A stretch of 64,000 nucleotides of DNA from a virus, in the IMG/VR virus record IMGVR_UViG_3300047323_000673, positions 96,001 to 160,000 of that record. One strand, 5' to 3'. Positions 29,845 to 38,294 of this stretch are shown in pieces (within the stretch, counting starts at the first letter, position 1; every line of letters begins with the position of its first letter). The notes under the pieces are model-generated. The model did no database searches, was not told the DNA's origin, and worked only from the letters and a program-made list of their open reading frames with translations. Position numbers and translations under genes: made by a program.

Positions 29845-30602
29845 ATTTTTATTTTCCTAGTTTGCTCATTATGAATTCTTAAATTTTTATTTAAATCTGT
29901 ATGCAAATCTTTTCTTAACTCTCTAATGTTAAACATGTCTAAAATGTCATTTCTACCTGCTTTAATTAAATGCTCCTTTGTATTCTCTTTAAGGGTCATA
30001 TTAAGATTAAATATAAGATATTTCATCATTTCAGTTTCATTACTATCACAAGCAACAATCATTCCTTTATTGCAAGCATTATTAAGACTATTATTTTGTA
30101 TGAATTTTGGCAGATTAGCTAAATACTCAACTACATTTATTTGCCCTGAATTACATGCTCCAGTAAAAAGATCTTCCATTTGGTTATTTTTGACAAATAG
30201 AATAAATTCTTTTGAGGTAAGGAAGTAATCTATAATATTTACTTGTCCGCTTGATGCTGCGGATAATCCACCATAATACCAAGAAGAATCCTTTTCTGAT
30301 TTAAAATCAGTAGCTTCATATACAAGTTTTAAAATTTCTAATTGTCCATTTTGACAAGCATGATAAAATACTATATTAGGATAATGATTTTGGATATCTT
30401 CTAAAAAATACTTAACTACATCAATTTGACCTGATGCAGTAGCTGATTTAATGGCAATCCATTTATTATGAGTGATATCTGCATGAACAGGGAGTTCATT
30501 AGAACTAACAAGATATTTGGCAAGTTCTAAGTCTCCACTTTCACAAGCTTTAACTAACTCTCTATTTAAATCTTGAGATGATAATTTTGTATAATCAATC
30601 AT
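29841..30602 (-). CDS. Ankyrin-repeat protein, array 2 (gene 3)
   Basis: ACESGDLELAKYL, ACQNGQLEILK; tail RKIKI. Confidence 0.9.
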   Translation of the reverse strand: MIDYTKLSSQDLNRELVKACESGDLELAKYLVSSNELPVHADITHNKWIAIKSATASGQIDVVKYFLEDIQNHYPNIVFYHACQNGQLEILKLVYEATDFKSEKDSSWYYGGLSAASSGQVNIIDYFLTSKEFILFVKNNQMEDLFTGACNSGQINVVEYLANLPKFIQNNSLNNACNKGMIVACDSNETEMMKYLIFNLNMTLKENTKEHLIKAGRNDILDMFNIRELRKDLHTDLNKNLRIHNEQTRKIKI

Positions 30603-31759
30603 AGTTTTGGTTTTTTACTTTCTATTTTATTTAAGTTATTAGAGAATTCCTTGTTTAATTCATTTGCTAACTTATTTGTCTCATATAATTTATATAGCTC
30701 AGGAACACTTTTTAAAATTTGAACAAATAATGTATCACTATCAGAATTTGGTGCTATATATTTATAATCTTCAACAATATATCTTAATACTTCGTATTGA
30801 TATTCATCATCATCATTCATTTGCTCATAGTGTATATGATAAATCCACTCAATACTTTCTGTTATATCTATATGATATTTTAAATTTGAATCTGTTAATA
30901 AAAAATGAGCAATATCTGCACTATCATTCCTTAAAACACTTCTAAAAATAATGTCATGGTAAGTATGTATATCGGCATGTTCTTTTAACTCTAGCGAAGT
31001 GGTTAAATATTTTACTAACTCTAAATTGTCGTTTAATACAGAATTTTTAAGTGCTTGGTTATTGTCAGCATGTATATTGGCATGTTCTTTTAAATTGTTA
31101 TCTGTTAAAAGAAATTTCGCAATATTGATATGACCTTTATCGCAAGATACAATTAATGCTCTATCATCTAAGAAATGAATGTCGGCATTTTTAGGTATGT
31201 CTTGATCAAGTAATAAAAACTTTACCATTGCAAGATCATTGCGTTCACAAGCCTTAACAAGTAATTCATCCATATTAAAAAGTTTACCAGCCACAACAAC
31301 TGCATTATATTGTTGGTAGCCAGTCCCCATTATATTGGATTTAACTGCTTCCTTAACTCCATCTGAAGTTAATATTAACTTTACTATTTCATGTTTACCA
31401 CTACTAAAAGCTGTATTGAAAAGAGTATCTAAATTAGATTGAACTATTGTGTCATTTAATAAATATTCAATTATATGTTTTTGATTTTTATAACAAGCAG
31501 ATTCACATCCATCTATAAGCGAAAAAGATAGACTAGAAGAATATGTATGAAATTTCTTAACGATATCAATATGTCCACCGCCACATGCCATAATGAAAGC
31601 CATATTATGATAGCTTTGATTTATTTTTTCTAACAGTTGTTTATTATCTATAATACATGAAATTGCTTCTAAATTACCATCGTAACATAACTGTACAAAA
31701 GTAGCAGTTAAATTTTGTTGGCTTAGCTTTATATATTCATTAAAGTAATCTGTGGACAT
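30599..31759 (-). CDS. Long ankyrin-repeat protein, array 2 (gene 2)
   Basis: 35-aa repeats ADIH...KYLxTxxxLKEHA; tail KKPKL. Confidence 0.9.
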   Translation of the reverse strand: MSTDYFNEYIKLSQQNLTATFVQLCYDGNLEAISCIIDNKQLLEKINQSYHNMAFIMACGGGHIDIVKKFHTYSSSLSFSLIDGCESACYKNQKHIIEYLLNDTIVQSNLDTLFNTAFSSGKHEIVKLILTSDGVKEAVKSNIMGTGYQQYNAVVVAGKLFNMDELLVKACERNDLAMVKFLLLDQDIPKNADIHFLDDRALIVSCDKGHINIAKFLLTDNNLKEHANIHADNNQALKNSVLNDNLELVKYLTTSLELKEHADIHTYHDIIFRSVLRNDSADIAHFLLTDSNLKYHIDITESIEWIYHIHYEQMNDDDEYQYEVLRYIVEDYKYIAPNSDSDTLFVQILKSVPELYKLYETNKLANELNKEFSNNLNKIESKKPKL

Positions 31760-31768
31760 AATGTGATA

Positions 31769-33145
31769 TTAAATTTTTAATTTTTTCTGTTCATTTCTAT
31801 TTAATTTATTTTCTTTATTTAATTCATTAGTAAGTTGAATTGTCCTAAAAGCCTTTTTTAATTCAGGATTAGATTCTAACATTTCTTCTATATCTTGAGT
31901 AAATTCTGGATTATTAGTAAATATTTTATGCTCATAAACCAAATATGTTAGAACTTTCATATCATAATGATAGTTAGTTTCAGTTATATTATCATTAACA
32001 TTAACTAAATGTTGTTCTTTTAATTCTTGAAAATTTTTAAAAATATCAGGATGGGTTTTTAATTTTGGACTTTCTAAAAAAAACTCTACTACTTCTTTAT
32101 GATCACCTTTAAATGCTAAATATAAAGCATAATCATTTTGTGCATGAATATCAGCATGATCTTTTAATTCAGGAGAAGTTGTGAGGTAATCAACTAAATG
32201 TAAATTTCCTTCTTTTGCAGCATATAAGAGTGGAGAATCTTCTTGTGCATGAATATTAGCATGTTCTTTTAATTCAGGTGAAGTTAATAAATACTTAACA
32301 GTTTCTAAGTGTCCTCTATGACAAGCATGCAAAAGTGCGGTGTCATCATTAGCATGGATGTCTACCTGTTTATCAGGATCTGAATGAAGTAGAAGATGTT
32401 TGATTAAGGGTAAATAATTGTGTTCACATGCTTTAAAAAATAGTTTTGTTAAAATATTGTTAGGTAAAAATATGTGTTTTTCTTCACAATAAATTAATAG
32501 ATAGTGGGATAATTCGGGCTTGATAGTGGTATTATATTTTACAGGATTAATTAAGCCAATAAAATTAATAGTTTGTCTAGCTTCATGAGGAATAGCAGCA
32601 TCATTTAAATAAAATCTAATTAATTCAAGATTATTATTGGTGTATGCTTCTATTAATAATTTTTTTAATTCAAAACCAAATTGATCAATCATAATAATCC
32701 CCTCATTCAATCGAGGATTATTTTTATTTAATTCAATAACAGAAGAGTCAGTCAATACTTGTTTAATTAAACTTAAGTTGTTTTCAGAAATAGCTTTTTT
32801 CATTATTGGATGCAAAATATTTTTTTTGGAATGAAATAAGTATTGAACAACATCTTTATGATTTTCTTGTAAAGCACAAACTACACTATCATACAGTTCA
32901 ACATTATGGAGCTTATTATTTTTATGAAGTTCTTGAACAACATTAATATGTCCATTAAGGCAAGCTAATTCCAATCCATTACTTATGTGTTCGTATTGTA
33001 TTTTGTATTGTAATTCTTCGTGTTCTAAAATCCAAGCAACCGAATCTAAATCACCTTTGCTACAAGCATTAATAAATAAAATGCCCAATATAGATTTAGA
33101 TGCATTTATATATTTTTTTTGTAAATCTTCAGATAAATAATTCAT
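31769..33145 (-). CDS. Long ankyrin-repeat protein, array 2 (gene 1)
   Basis: Tandem 35-aa units HA.DD.ALL.AC..GHLE.VKYLLTSPELKEHANI; tail KKLKI. Confidence 0.92.
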   Translation of the reverse strand: MNYLSEDLQKKYINASKSILGILFINACSKGDLDSVAWILEHEELQYKIQYEHISNGLELACLNGHINVVQELHKNNKLHNVELYDSVVCALQENHKDVVQYLFHSKKNILHPIMKKAISENNLSLIKQVLTDSSVIELNKNNPRLNEGIIMIDQFGFELKKLLIEAYTNNNLELIRFYLNDAAIPHEARQTINFIGLINPVKYNTTIKPELSHYLLIYCEEKHIFLPNNILTKLFFKACEHNYLPLIKHLLLHSDPDKQVDIHANDDTALLHACHRGHLETVKYLLTSPELKEHANIHAQEDSPLLYAAKEGNLHLVDYLTTSPELKDHADIHAQNDYALYLAFKGDHKEVVEFFLESPKLKTHPDIFKNFQELKEQHLVNVNDNITETNYHYDMKVLTYLVYEHKIFTNNPEFTQDIEEMLESNPELKKAFRTIQLTNELNKENKLNRNEQKKLKI

Positions 33146-33262
33146 GCTATTATAATAATTAACTATTCTTATTATAAACGATTAAAAAGATAGAGTAAAA
33201 TCTTAATGAAAAAATATAAATTGGAAAGAAGCAACATAATGGTTATGTTGAAATACAAAATT

Positions 33263-33289
33263 AAAAAGCCTCCAGTTTGGAGGCTTTTT
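33263..33289. terminator. Terminator downstream of pncB
   Basis: AAAAAGCCTCCA-gtt-TGGAGGCTTTTT. Confidence 0.85.
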
Positions 33290-33308
33290 GTAATTACTTA
33301 ATGCTTAA

Positions 33309-34502
33309 TTATTCTTTAATTTCAAACACTTGTTTCAAGTAAGTCAAATATTCATCGTTTTTGCACATGGTTTTACCTGGCGAATCACTGATTTTGGCAA
33401 CAGGTGAGCCGTTGCATTCAGTCATTTTAATCACGATATTCAGTGCTTTTACACCCATATCGTTAGTCAAATTAGTGCCAATACCGAAGAACATTTTTGC
33501 CTGACCTTCAAAGGTTTTGTAAATATCAATCGCTTTCGGAACATCAAGACCATCCGAGAATACAAGACTCTTGGTTTTTGGATCGATTTTCATTTTCTTG
33601 TAGTGATCAATAAATTTTTGAGCCCATTCTTTTGCATCACCACTATCATGACGAACACCATCAAATAGTTTGCAGAAATAAAGGTCAAAATCACGCAAGA
33701 AAGCATCAGTTCCGACAACATCAGTCAATGCGATAGCGACATCACCACGATATTCTTGAACCCAATTTTCAAGAGCATATTTTTGGCTATCACGCAGGCG
33801 AGGTCCCAATGCTTGGCAAGCTTGCAGATATTCATGAGCCATTGTGCCAACTGGAGTCAAATTATATTTCATTGCGAACAAAACATTACTAGTGCCAGTA
33901 AAATTGGTTGGCAGTGATTCCTTCAAAGCCTTGACAACTTGTTCGTGCCATTGACGCGAAAAACGGCGGCGAGTACCGAAATCCGAGAATTTAAAGTCTT
34001 CATGATTAAAATCTTGAAGCATCTTAATTTTCTCAGCAAGACGCTTGCGACCTTCTACATAAAGCTCATCACTACCATATTGACGGAAATAAACTTCATT
34101 AACAATTGCTAGAACAGGAACTTCAAATAGAATGGTATGAACCCAAGGGCCACGAATAACAATATCAATTTCTTCGTCATCCAATTGAACAACATTAATA
34201 TATTGGCGTTGCATACGGAAGATGTTCAAGAATGCAATGTAGTCAGGCTTGAAGTATGCACGAGTGCTTAGATAATCAAGTTCTTCTTTAGTGAATTCAA
34301 GAGTGCAAAGATGGTCAATTTGACGATTGATCTCATCAATATATTTAACCATGTTGGCACCTTTAGTGCGGCACTTAAAATGAAATTCAACATTATGAGC
34401 ATGAGGGAATTGATGTAGAACCGTTTGCTGCATAGTAAATTTATACAGATCAGTATCCAACAGCGAAGTGATGATAGGGTTGAATTCTTGTGCTTTAGTC
34501 AT
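33309..34502 (-). CDS. pncB: Nicotinate phosphoribosyltransferase
   Basis: [63 protein letters not shown]; GGAG RBS. Confidence 0.96.
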   Translation of the reverse strand: MTKAQEFNPIITSLLDTDLYKFTMQQTVLHQFPHAHNVEFHFKCRTKGANMVKYIDEINRQIDHLCTLEFTKEELDYLSTRAYFKPDYIAFLNIFRMQRQYINVVQLDDEEIDIVIRGPWVHTILFEVPVLAIVNEVYFRQYGSDELYVEGRKRLAEKIKMLQDFNHEDFKFSDFGTRRRFSRQWHEQVVKALKESLPTNFTGTSNVLFAMKYNLTPVGTMAHEYLQACQALGPRLRDSQKYALENWVQEYRGDVAIALTDVVGTDAFLRDFDLYFCKLFDGVRHDSGDAKEWAQKFIDHYKKMKIDPKTKSLVFSDGLDVPKAIDIYKTFEGQAKMFFGIGTNLTNDMGVKALNIVIKMTECNGSPVAKISDSPGKTMCKNDEYLTYLKQVFEIKE

Positions 34503-34535
34503 TTTTATTACTCCGTTTTATTGTTCAGTGAGGCT

Positions 34536-34571
34536 AGTATATTCTACTTAGTTGGAAAAGTCAACTAAGTA
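34536..34571 (-). promoter_or_regulatory. pncB promoter overlapped by palindromic operator
   Basis: Minus strand TTGACT-17-TATACT; palindrome TACTTAGTTG-7 nt-CAACTAAGTA at 34545..34571. Confidence 0.8.
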
Positions 34572-34603
34572 TTTAAAATATTTTAAGGTTGTTGCCCAAA
34601 AGA

Positions 34604-34628
34604 ATAAAGCCCGTTCAACAGGCTTTAT
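34604..34628. terminator. Terminator
   Basis: ATAAAGCC...GGCTTTAT immediately after stop of 34631..35146. Confidence 0.65.
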
Positions 34629-34630
34629 CT

Positions 34631-35146
34631 TCATTTGCTTGAATCATTAATATCAGATTCATAATGATGGTCATATTTTTTAAATATTTGCTGCACATAC
34701 TCATCTTGAGTATGATATTTTAACAAAGACATTTGACCCTCACTATATTTATATAAATCTATTAAAGTCATAAAATTAATTGTTTTATTATGTCTTAAAT
34801 GAACAGCCAACTGTCTGCCCAATATAGGACATATTTCACCTAAATTGTCCCAGTGGACTAACCATTTAGATTGCACAGGAAAGCCCTTAGTCATAGCTAT
34901 AGCAATTTTAATAATCAGGATTTTGGCAACAAACCACACAGTTTCAATCAGCCAGATTTTTACAATTTCCCAAATATGTGAAAAATTTTTCTCTAAGGAA
35001 TCAATATTCATAAGCAAATCAAAAAGCTTATTGTCTTGAAAATAATGCCAACTATTTTTAACCCATAATAGTAAAGCTAACATTATTGATATTTTTAAAA
35101 CCCATAAGAAACTATTATAGGCAATTCTAAATTGGCGAAAGTTCAT
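34631..35146 (-). CDS. Membrane protein of unknown function
   Basis: Two hydrophobic segments; AAGG RBS. Confidence 0.7.
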   Translation of the reverse strand: MNFRQFRIAYNSFLWVLKISIMLALLLWVKNSWHYFQDNKLFDLLMNIDSLEKNFSHIWEIVKIWLIETVWFVAKILIIKIAIAMTKGFPVQSKWLVHWDNLGEICPILGRQLAVHLRHNKTINFMTLIDLYKYSEGQMSLLKYHTQDEYVQQIFKKYDHHYESDINDSSK

Positions 35147-35219
35147 ATTTTAACCTTATATTATGTCTGTGACAGATATTTTCATTGAAAATAATAAAAA
35201 TGTATAAATAATCAAGTGC

Positions 35220-35252
35220 TTAGTTGCTTTTTCCAACTAACTGAGTTATAAT
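35220..35252 (+). promoter_or_regulatory. nadD-nrtR promoter overlapped by the same palindromic operator
   Basis: TTGCTT (35224)-17-TATAAT (35247); TTAGTTG-7 nt-CAACTAA at 35220..35240. Confidence 0.8.
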
Positions 35253-35280
35253 GTCTAAAATCACGATAAAAGAAGGTTAT

Positions 35281-35814
35281 ATGCGAAAAATTGGACTTTT
35301 TGGTGTAACAGGTAATCCACCACATTTGGGGCATTTAAAGGCAGTAAAAGAGGCAATAAATTCTTGTGATGAAGTTTGGGTATCTCCAGTATATATCCAT
35401 CCATTTAACAAGAAATTTATTGACTACTCTCATCGCCTTGCAATGCTGAATTTATTATTTGAAGGATTGGATAAGGTTAAAATTGTAGAGCTAGATAAAG
35501 AATTTTTTCTCAAAAACAATAAAACTCCATATAGTTACGACTTATTGAAGTTTATGAAAGATGAAAACAAAGATATTTCTCCATTATTAGTAATTGGAGA
35601 GGACAATTATAAAGAAAATGTATGGCAAAAATTTTATTTTCATGATAAAATTGAATCAGAATTTGGATTAATTGTAGTAAAAGATTCTGGTGCTCATAGC
35701 ACTCAAGTTCGTTCGTTTTGTCATGATGGTAATTGGGCAATGGTTGCTCAAGAGTGTGGACAGCCAGTTGCTGAATACTTAAGAAAAAATCAAATTAATT
35801 ATGTTGGAGATTAA
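35281..35814 (+). CDS. nadD: Nicotinate/nicotinamide mononucleotide adenylyltransferase (start moved to 35281)
   Basis: MRKIGLFGVTGNPPHLGH (HxGH), HPFNK, R.AML, LVIGEDN, HSTQVR; the track start at 35251 overlaps the -10 box. Confidence 0.85.
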   Translation: MRKIGLFGVTGNPPHLGHLKAVKEAINSCDEVWVSPVYIHPFNKKFIDYSHRLAMLNLLFEGLDKVKIVELDKEFFLKNNKTPYSYDLLKFMKDENKDISPLLVIGEDNYKENVWQKFYFHDKIESEFGLIVVKDSGAHSTQVRSFCHDGNWAMVAQECGQPVAEYLRKNQINYVGD

Positions 35815-35815
35815 A

Positions 35816-36520
35816 ATGAGTCATGATAATCCGAATTTAGAGAAAAATATGTTTGTTGCTAGTGTAGATCCTGTTATTTTTTCTATCATTAATAATGAAC
35901 TACACATTCTGCTGATTAAGCGCACAAGTAATGACCCTAAAAAGCCAGATATCTTTGAAGGTTATTGGGCTTTCCCTGGTGGGTTAATGGAGCATGGGGA
36001 TTCATCTATGGAGGCCGCAGTTAGCCGCGTTTTGGCTAATAAAACTGGTGCCAAAGTTAATTATATGGAACAACTGAATTCTCGCAAAAATCACGATCCT
36101 CGTGGAGCAACGATTTCAATTTCTTATATTGCTCTTGTTGATGAACAAAAAGTAAAAGAAAATGCTGTTTGGATGCCTTTGAGTGAAGTGAGGAAAACTG
36201 TATTAGCTTTTGACCATAATGGTGTTGTTGATGTTGCTATTGAGCGTTTAACTAGTAAGGTTAATTATTCAACACTGCCAATGCATTTTCTTCCACAACC
36301 ATTTACTCTGCCTAAATTACAGAAAGTTTATGAGATTTTGTTAGGTGAGGAGTTAGATAAAAGCACTTTCCGTGAAAAGATTAAAGAAACCAATGCTATT
36401 TACAAAACTGGTGAAAAGATTAAAGAAGGTCCACATCGACCATCTGATCTTTATCGCTTAGTGAATGATAAAGTGCATAATTTTGATAGCAATATTATTC
36501 GTTCTTCACAGAAAGCATAA
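35816..36520 (+). CDS. nrtR: NrtR-like NUDIX-wHTH transcriptional regulator (start moved to 35816)
   Basis: VDPVIF...LLIKR...WAFPGG, DPRG.TIS.SY.AL, LAFDH, FTLPKLQKVYE.LLG...DK.TFR, HRP..LY; GGAGA RBS; next to NAD genes. Confidence 0.85.
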   Translation: MSHDNPNLEKNMFVASVDPVIFSIINNELHILLIKRTSNDPKKPDIFEGYWAFPGGLMEHGDSSMEAAVSRVLANKTGAKVNYMEQLNSRKNHDPRGATISISYIALVDEQKVKENAVWMPLSEVRKTVLAFDHNGVVDVAIERLTSKVNYSTLPMHFLPQPFTLPKLQKVYEILLGEELDKSTFREKIKETNAIYKTGEKIKEGPHRPSDLYRLVNDKVHNFDSNIIRSSQKA

Positions 36521-36536
36521 ATTAAAGGAAATAATC

Positions 36537-37580
36537 GTGAAATCAACTAATATTAATGTTTTCTCCCTATTGGAGCTTTCAGACCAAGAAATCATTAATA
36601 CTATGAAGTCATTAATGTCTGAAGGAATCAGTATTAATGATGTTCTTGGAGATGAAAATCACCAATATACTATGATGCATGCTTGCTGCTTTTTCTTAAA
36701 AGATAAAGCACTTGCATGGATGCTTGAAAATGGTGCTGAAGTTGATATGAAATGCTCTACCACGACTGCTCTTGGGATGTTAGTAAGTAATTTTTTTTCA
36801 AATAAGGAAAGAGGGACAAACTATTGGTCAAAGTTTCGTGCTTGTTTAGCTATTTTAAAAAAGCATGAGGCTAATTTTGATATTCTGAATCATGAAAAGA
36901 AAAAGCCTCTTTTTGCTCTTTTAGAATATGAGAAAACCAAAATTCCCCAAGAGATTATGAATATCTTCTTTGATAGAACTACTTTAAAAGAGAAGAAAGG
37001 GATGAATATTGTTGATGCTTTACTAAAAAACGAAATAAACTTTACTCCTACAAACATTAATTATATTGTAGAGAAGAAATCTTATGATTTAAATAGTAAA
37101 AATGAACCTCAAAATTCGCTTGCTTTTAGCTTAGCAAACCTTCCTGAAAAGATTTTCAAGAAGATGAAAAAAGCAATTGAAAGTATTTATGAAAAGTATA
37201 GTTTTAAACTGAATATTCCCAATAACACTAAAAATGTTAAAGCAATATCAGTTCAGCCAATTGAGGTGGCCATTACTAAGAAAAATTTAAGTTTTTTTAA
37301 GTTTATCTTAGAAAAATGTCCTGAAATTATTAAGCATAAATTCGGGACTATGGACTTGACCCAATATTGTGCTATGGTTGGATTCAAAGATGGATTAAAA
37401 TTTATGTTGACATCTAATCAATTTGATTGGGAGAATAAAGACGAACTTGTAAATATTTGTTCTAGAGCTAAAGACAAAGGATTGGTCAAAAAAGAACATA
37501 TGAAACATTTATATGATTCTTTCAGTGCAGAATTGACCACCAATGTCCCCGTAAAACCAGTAAAGCGAATGAAGTTGTAA
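36537..37580 (+). CDS. Ankyrin-like protein with basic tail (start likely GTG 36537)
   Basis: AAGGA RBS; TMMHACC...MLENGAEVD; ends FSAELTTNVPVKPVKRMKL. Confidence 0.72.
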   Translation: MKSTNINVFSLLELSDQEIINTMKSLMSEGISINDVLGDENHQYTMMHACCFFLKDKALAWMLENGAEVDMKCSTTTALGMLVSNFFSNKERGTNYWSKFRACLAILKKHEANFDILNHEKKKPLFALLEYEKTKIPQEIMNIFFDRTTLKEKKGMNIVDALLKNEINFTPTNINYIVEKKSYDLNSKNEPQNSLAFSLANLPEKIFKKMKKAIESIYEKYSFKLNIPNNTKNVKAISVQPIEVAITKKNLSFFKFILEKCPEIIKHKFGTMDLTQYCAMVGFKDGLKFMLTSNQFDWENKDELVNICSRAKDKGLVKKEHMKHLYDSFSAELTTNVPVKPVKRMKL

Positions 37581-37584
37581 AATT

Positions 37585-37613
37585 AAAGCCCTAGTTAAAG
37601 CTAGGGCTTTTTT
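37585..37613. terminator. Bidirectional terminator
   Basis: AAAGCCCTAG-ttaaag-CTAGGGCTTTTTT. Confidence 0.85.
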
Positions 37614-38232
37614 ATCGTGAAAGTTTTAACTCTTTAATAATCGCTAATGCAGCATCTGCTCCCTCTTCTTTATAAACTTTCTTAACAAGAGCTTGCTTCG
37701 CTGCAAAATCTTCAATTTCTTGAGTAGTCCACATTTTTCTCATCTCTATTTTAGGAATCTTTAAACTTGTAAGTGAATTCCTAAGGTTATAAAGTTGAGT
37801 TGAAATTTCAGGGAATGATTGCCATGAAACTCCATTAATTTCATCAATAGCTAAGTCCATAATCCAGTTGTCTTTTTTATTAACTAAGGATTCTTTAGCA
37901 GTGATTATATATTTCTTATAAGCTTGTTCAGGTTTAAGGCATGCTAGGAATGCAGCAAATGCTGAACATTTATGAGGATTAAAAGTGCATAAATCGAAAA
38001 TAAGATCTTCATTAATGCTACCTAATGCTCTTAATAAAATATAGTGGTTATCCAAAGGTTCACATAAAACATTAGGGTATAGATTTAAAATATCTTTTAA
38101 ATCTTCACCAAGTTCTATGGTATCTTTTAAAAAAATATTTAAACTATTTTCAGAACGATACCAACCTTTGGGTACTAGATTTACCAAGGCAAATACATCA
38201 TATTCATCAAATGTGTTATTTTTTTCATTCAT
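37612..38232 (-). CDS. Hypothetical protein
   Basis: 206 aa ORF; extended -10 TGcTATAAT upstream. Confidence 0.7.
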   Translation of the reverse strand: MNEKNNTFDEYDVFALVNLVPKGWYRSENSLNIFLKDTIELGEDLKDILNLYPNVLCEPLDNHYILLRALGSINEDLIFDLCTFNPHKCSAFAAFLACLKPEQAYKKYIITAKESLVNKKDNWIMDLAIDEINGVSWQSFPEISTQLYNLRNSLTSLKIPKIEMRKMWTTQEIEDFAAKQALVKKVYKEEGADAALAIIKELKLSR

Positions 38233-38294
38233 ATTATACCCAATTAAAAATAGACCTAATTTTAGGTCTATTTAATTATAGCATAAGTTGATAA

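Noticed and set aside
2306-30945. Opposite-strand ORFs in the track (2306, 5315, 7216, 18982, 19489, 19811, 20497, 21806, 22350, 23467, 29926, 30664) and the same-strand alternate-frame ORF 9008..9238
   Set aside because: They lie wholly or mostly inside well-supported genes, lack RBS or family motifs, and have the composition expected of shadow frames in AT-rich DNA.
18996-33145. Diversity-generating retroelement as the source of ankyrin variation
   Set aside because: No reverse transcriptase and no TR/VR pair differing only at adenines; divergence is spread over all positions.
1-33145. Eukaryotic giant virus (Mimiviridae-like) origin
   Set aside because: The repeats look similar, but overlapping coupled genes, SD sites, sigma70 promoters, intrinsic terminators and lipoproteins point to a bacterial expression system.
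33309-35814. Calling the NAD genes NARP2 (Nampt + Nmnat)
   Set aside because: The phosphoribosyltransferase has PncB (nicotinate) motifs such as DTDLYKFTM and TNLTND rather than NadV/Nampt-type sequence.
536-37580. Tail as peroxisomal PTS1 or CaaX prenylation signal
   Set aside because: The -3 residue is usually bulky (L, I, P, N) rather than S/A/C, the terminus is often I or V, and there is no Cys at -4.
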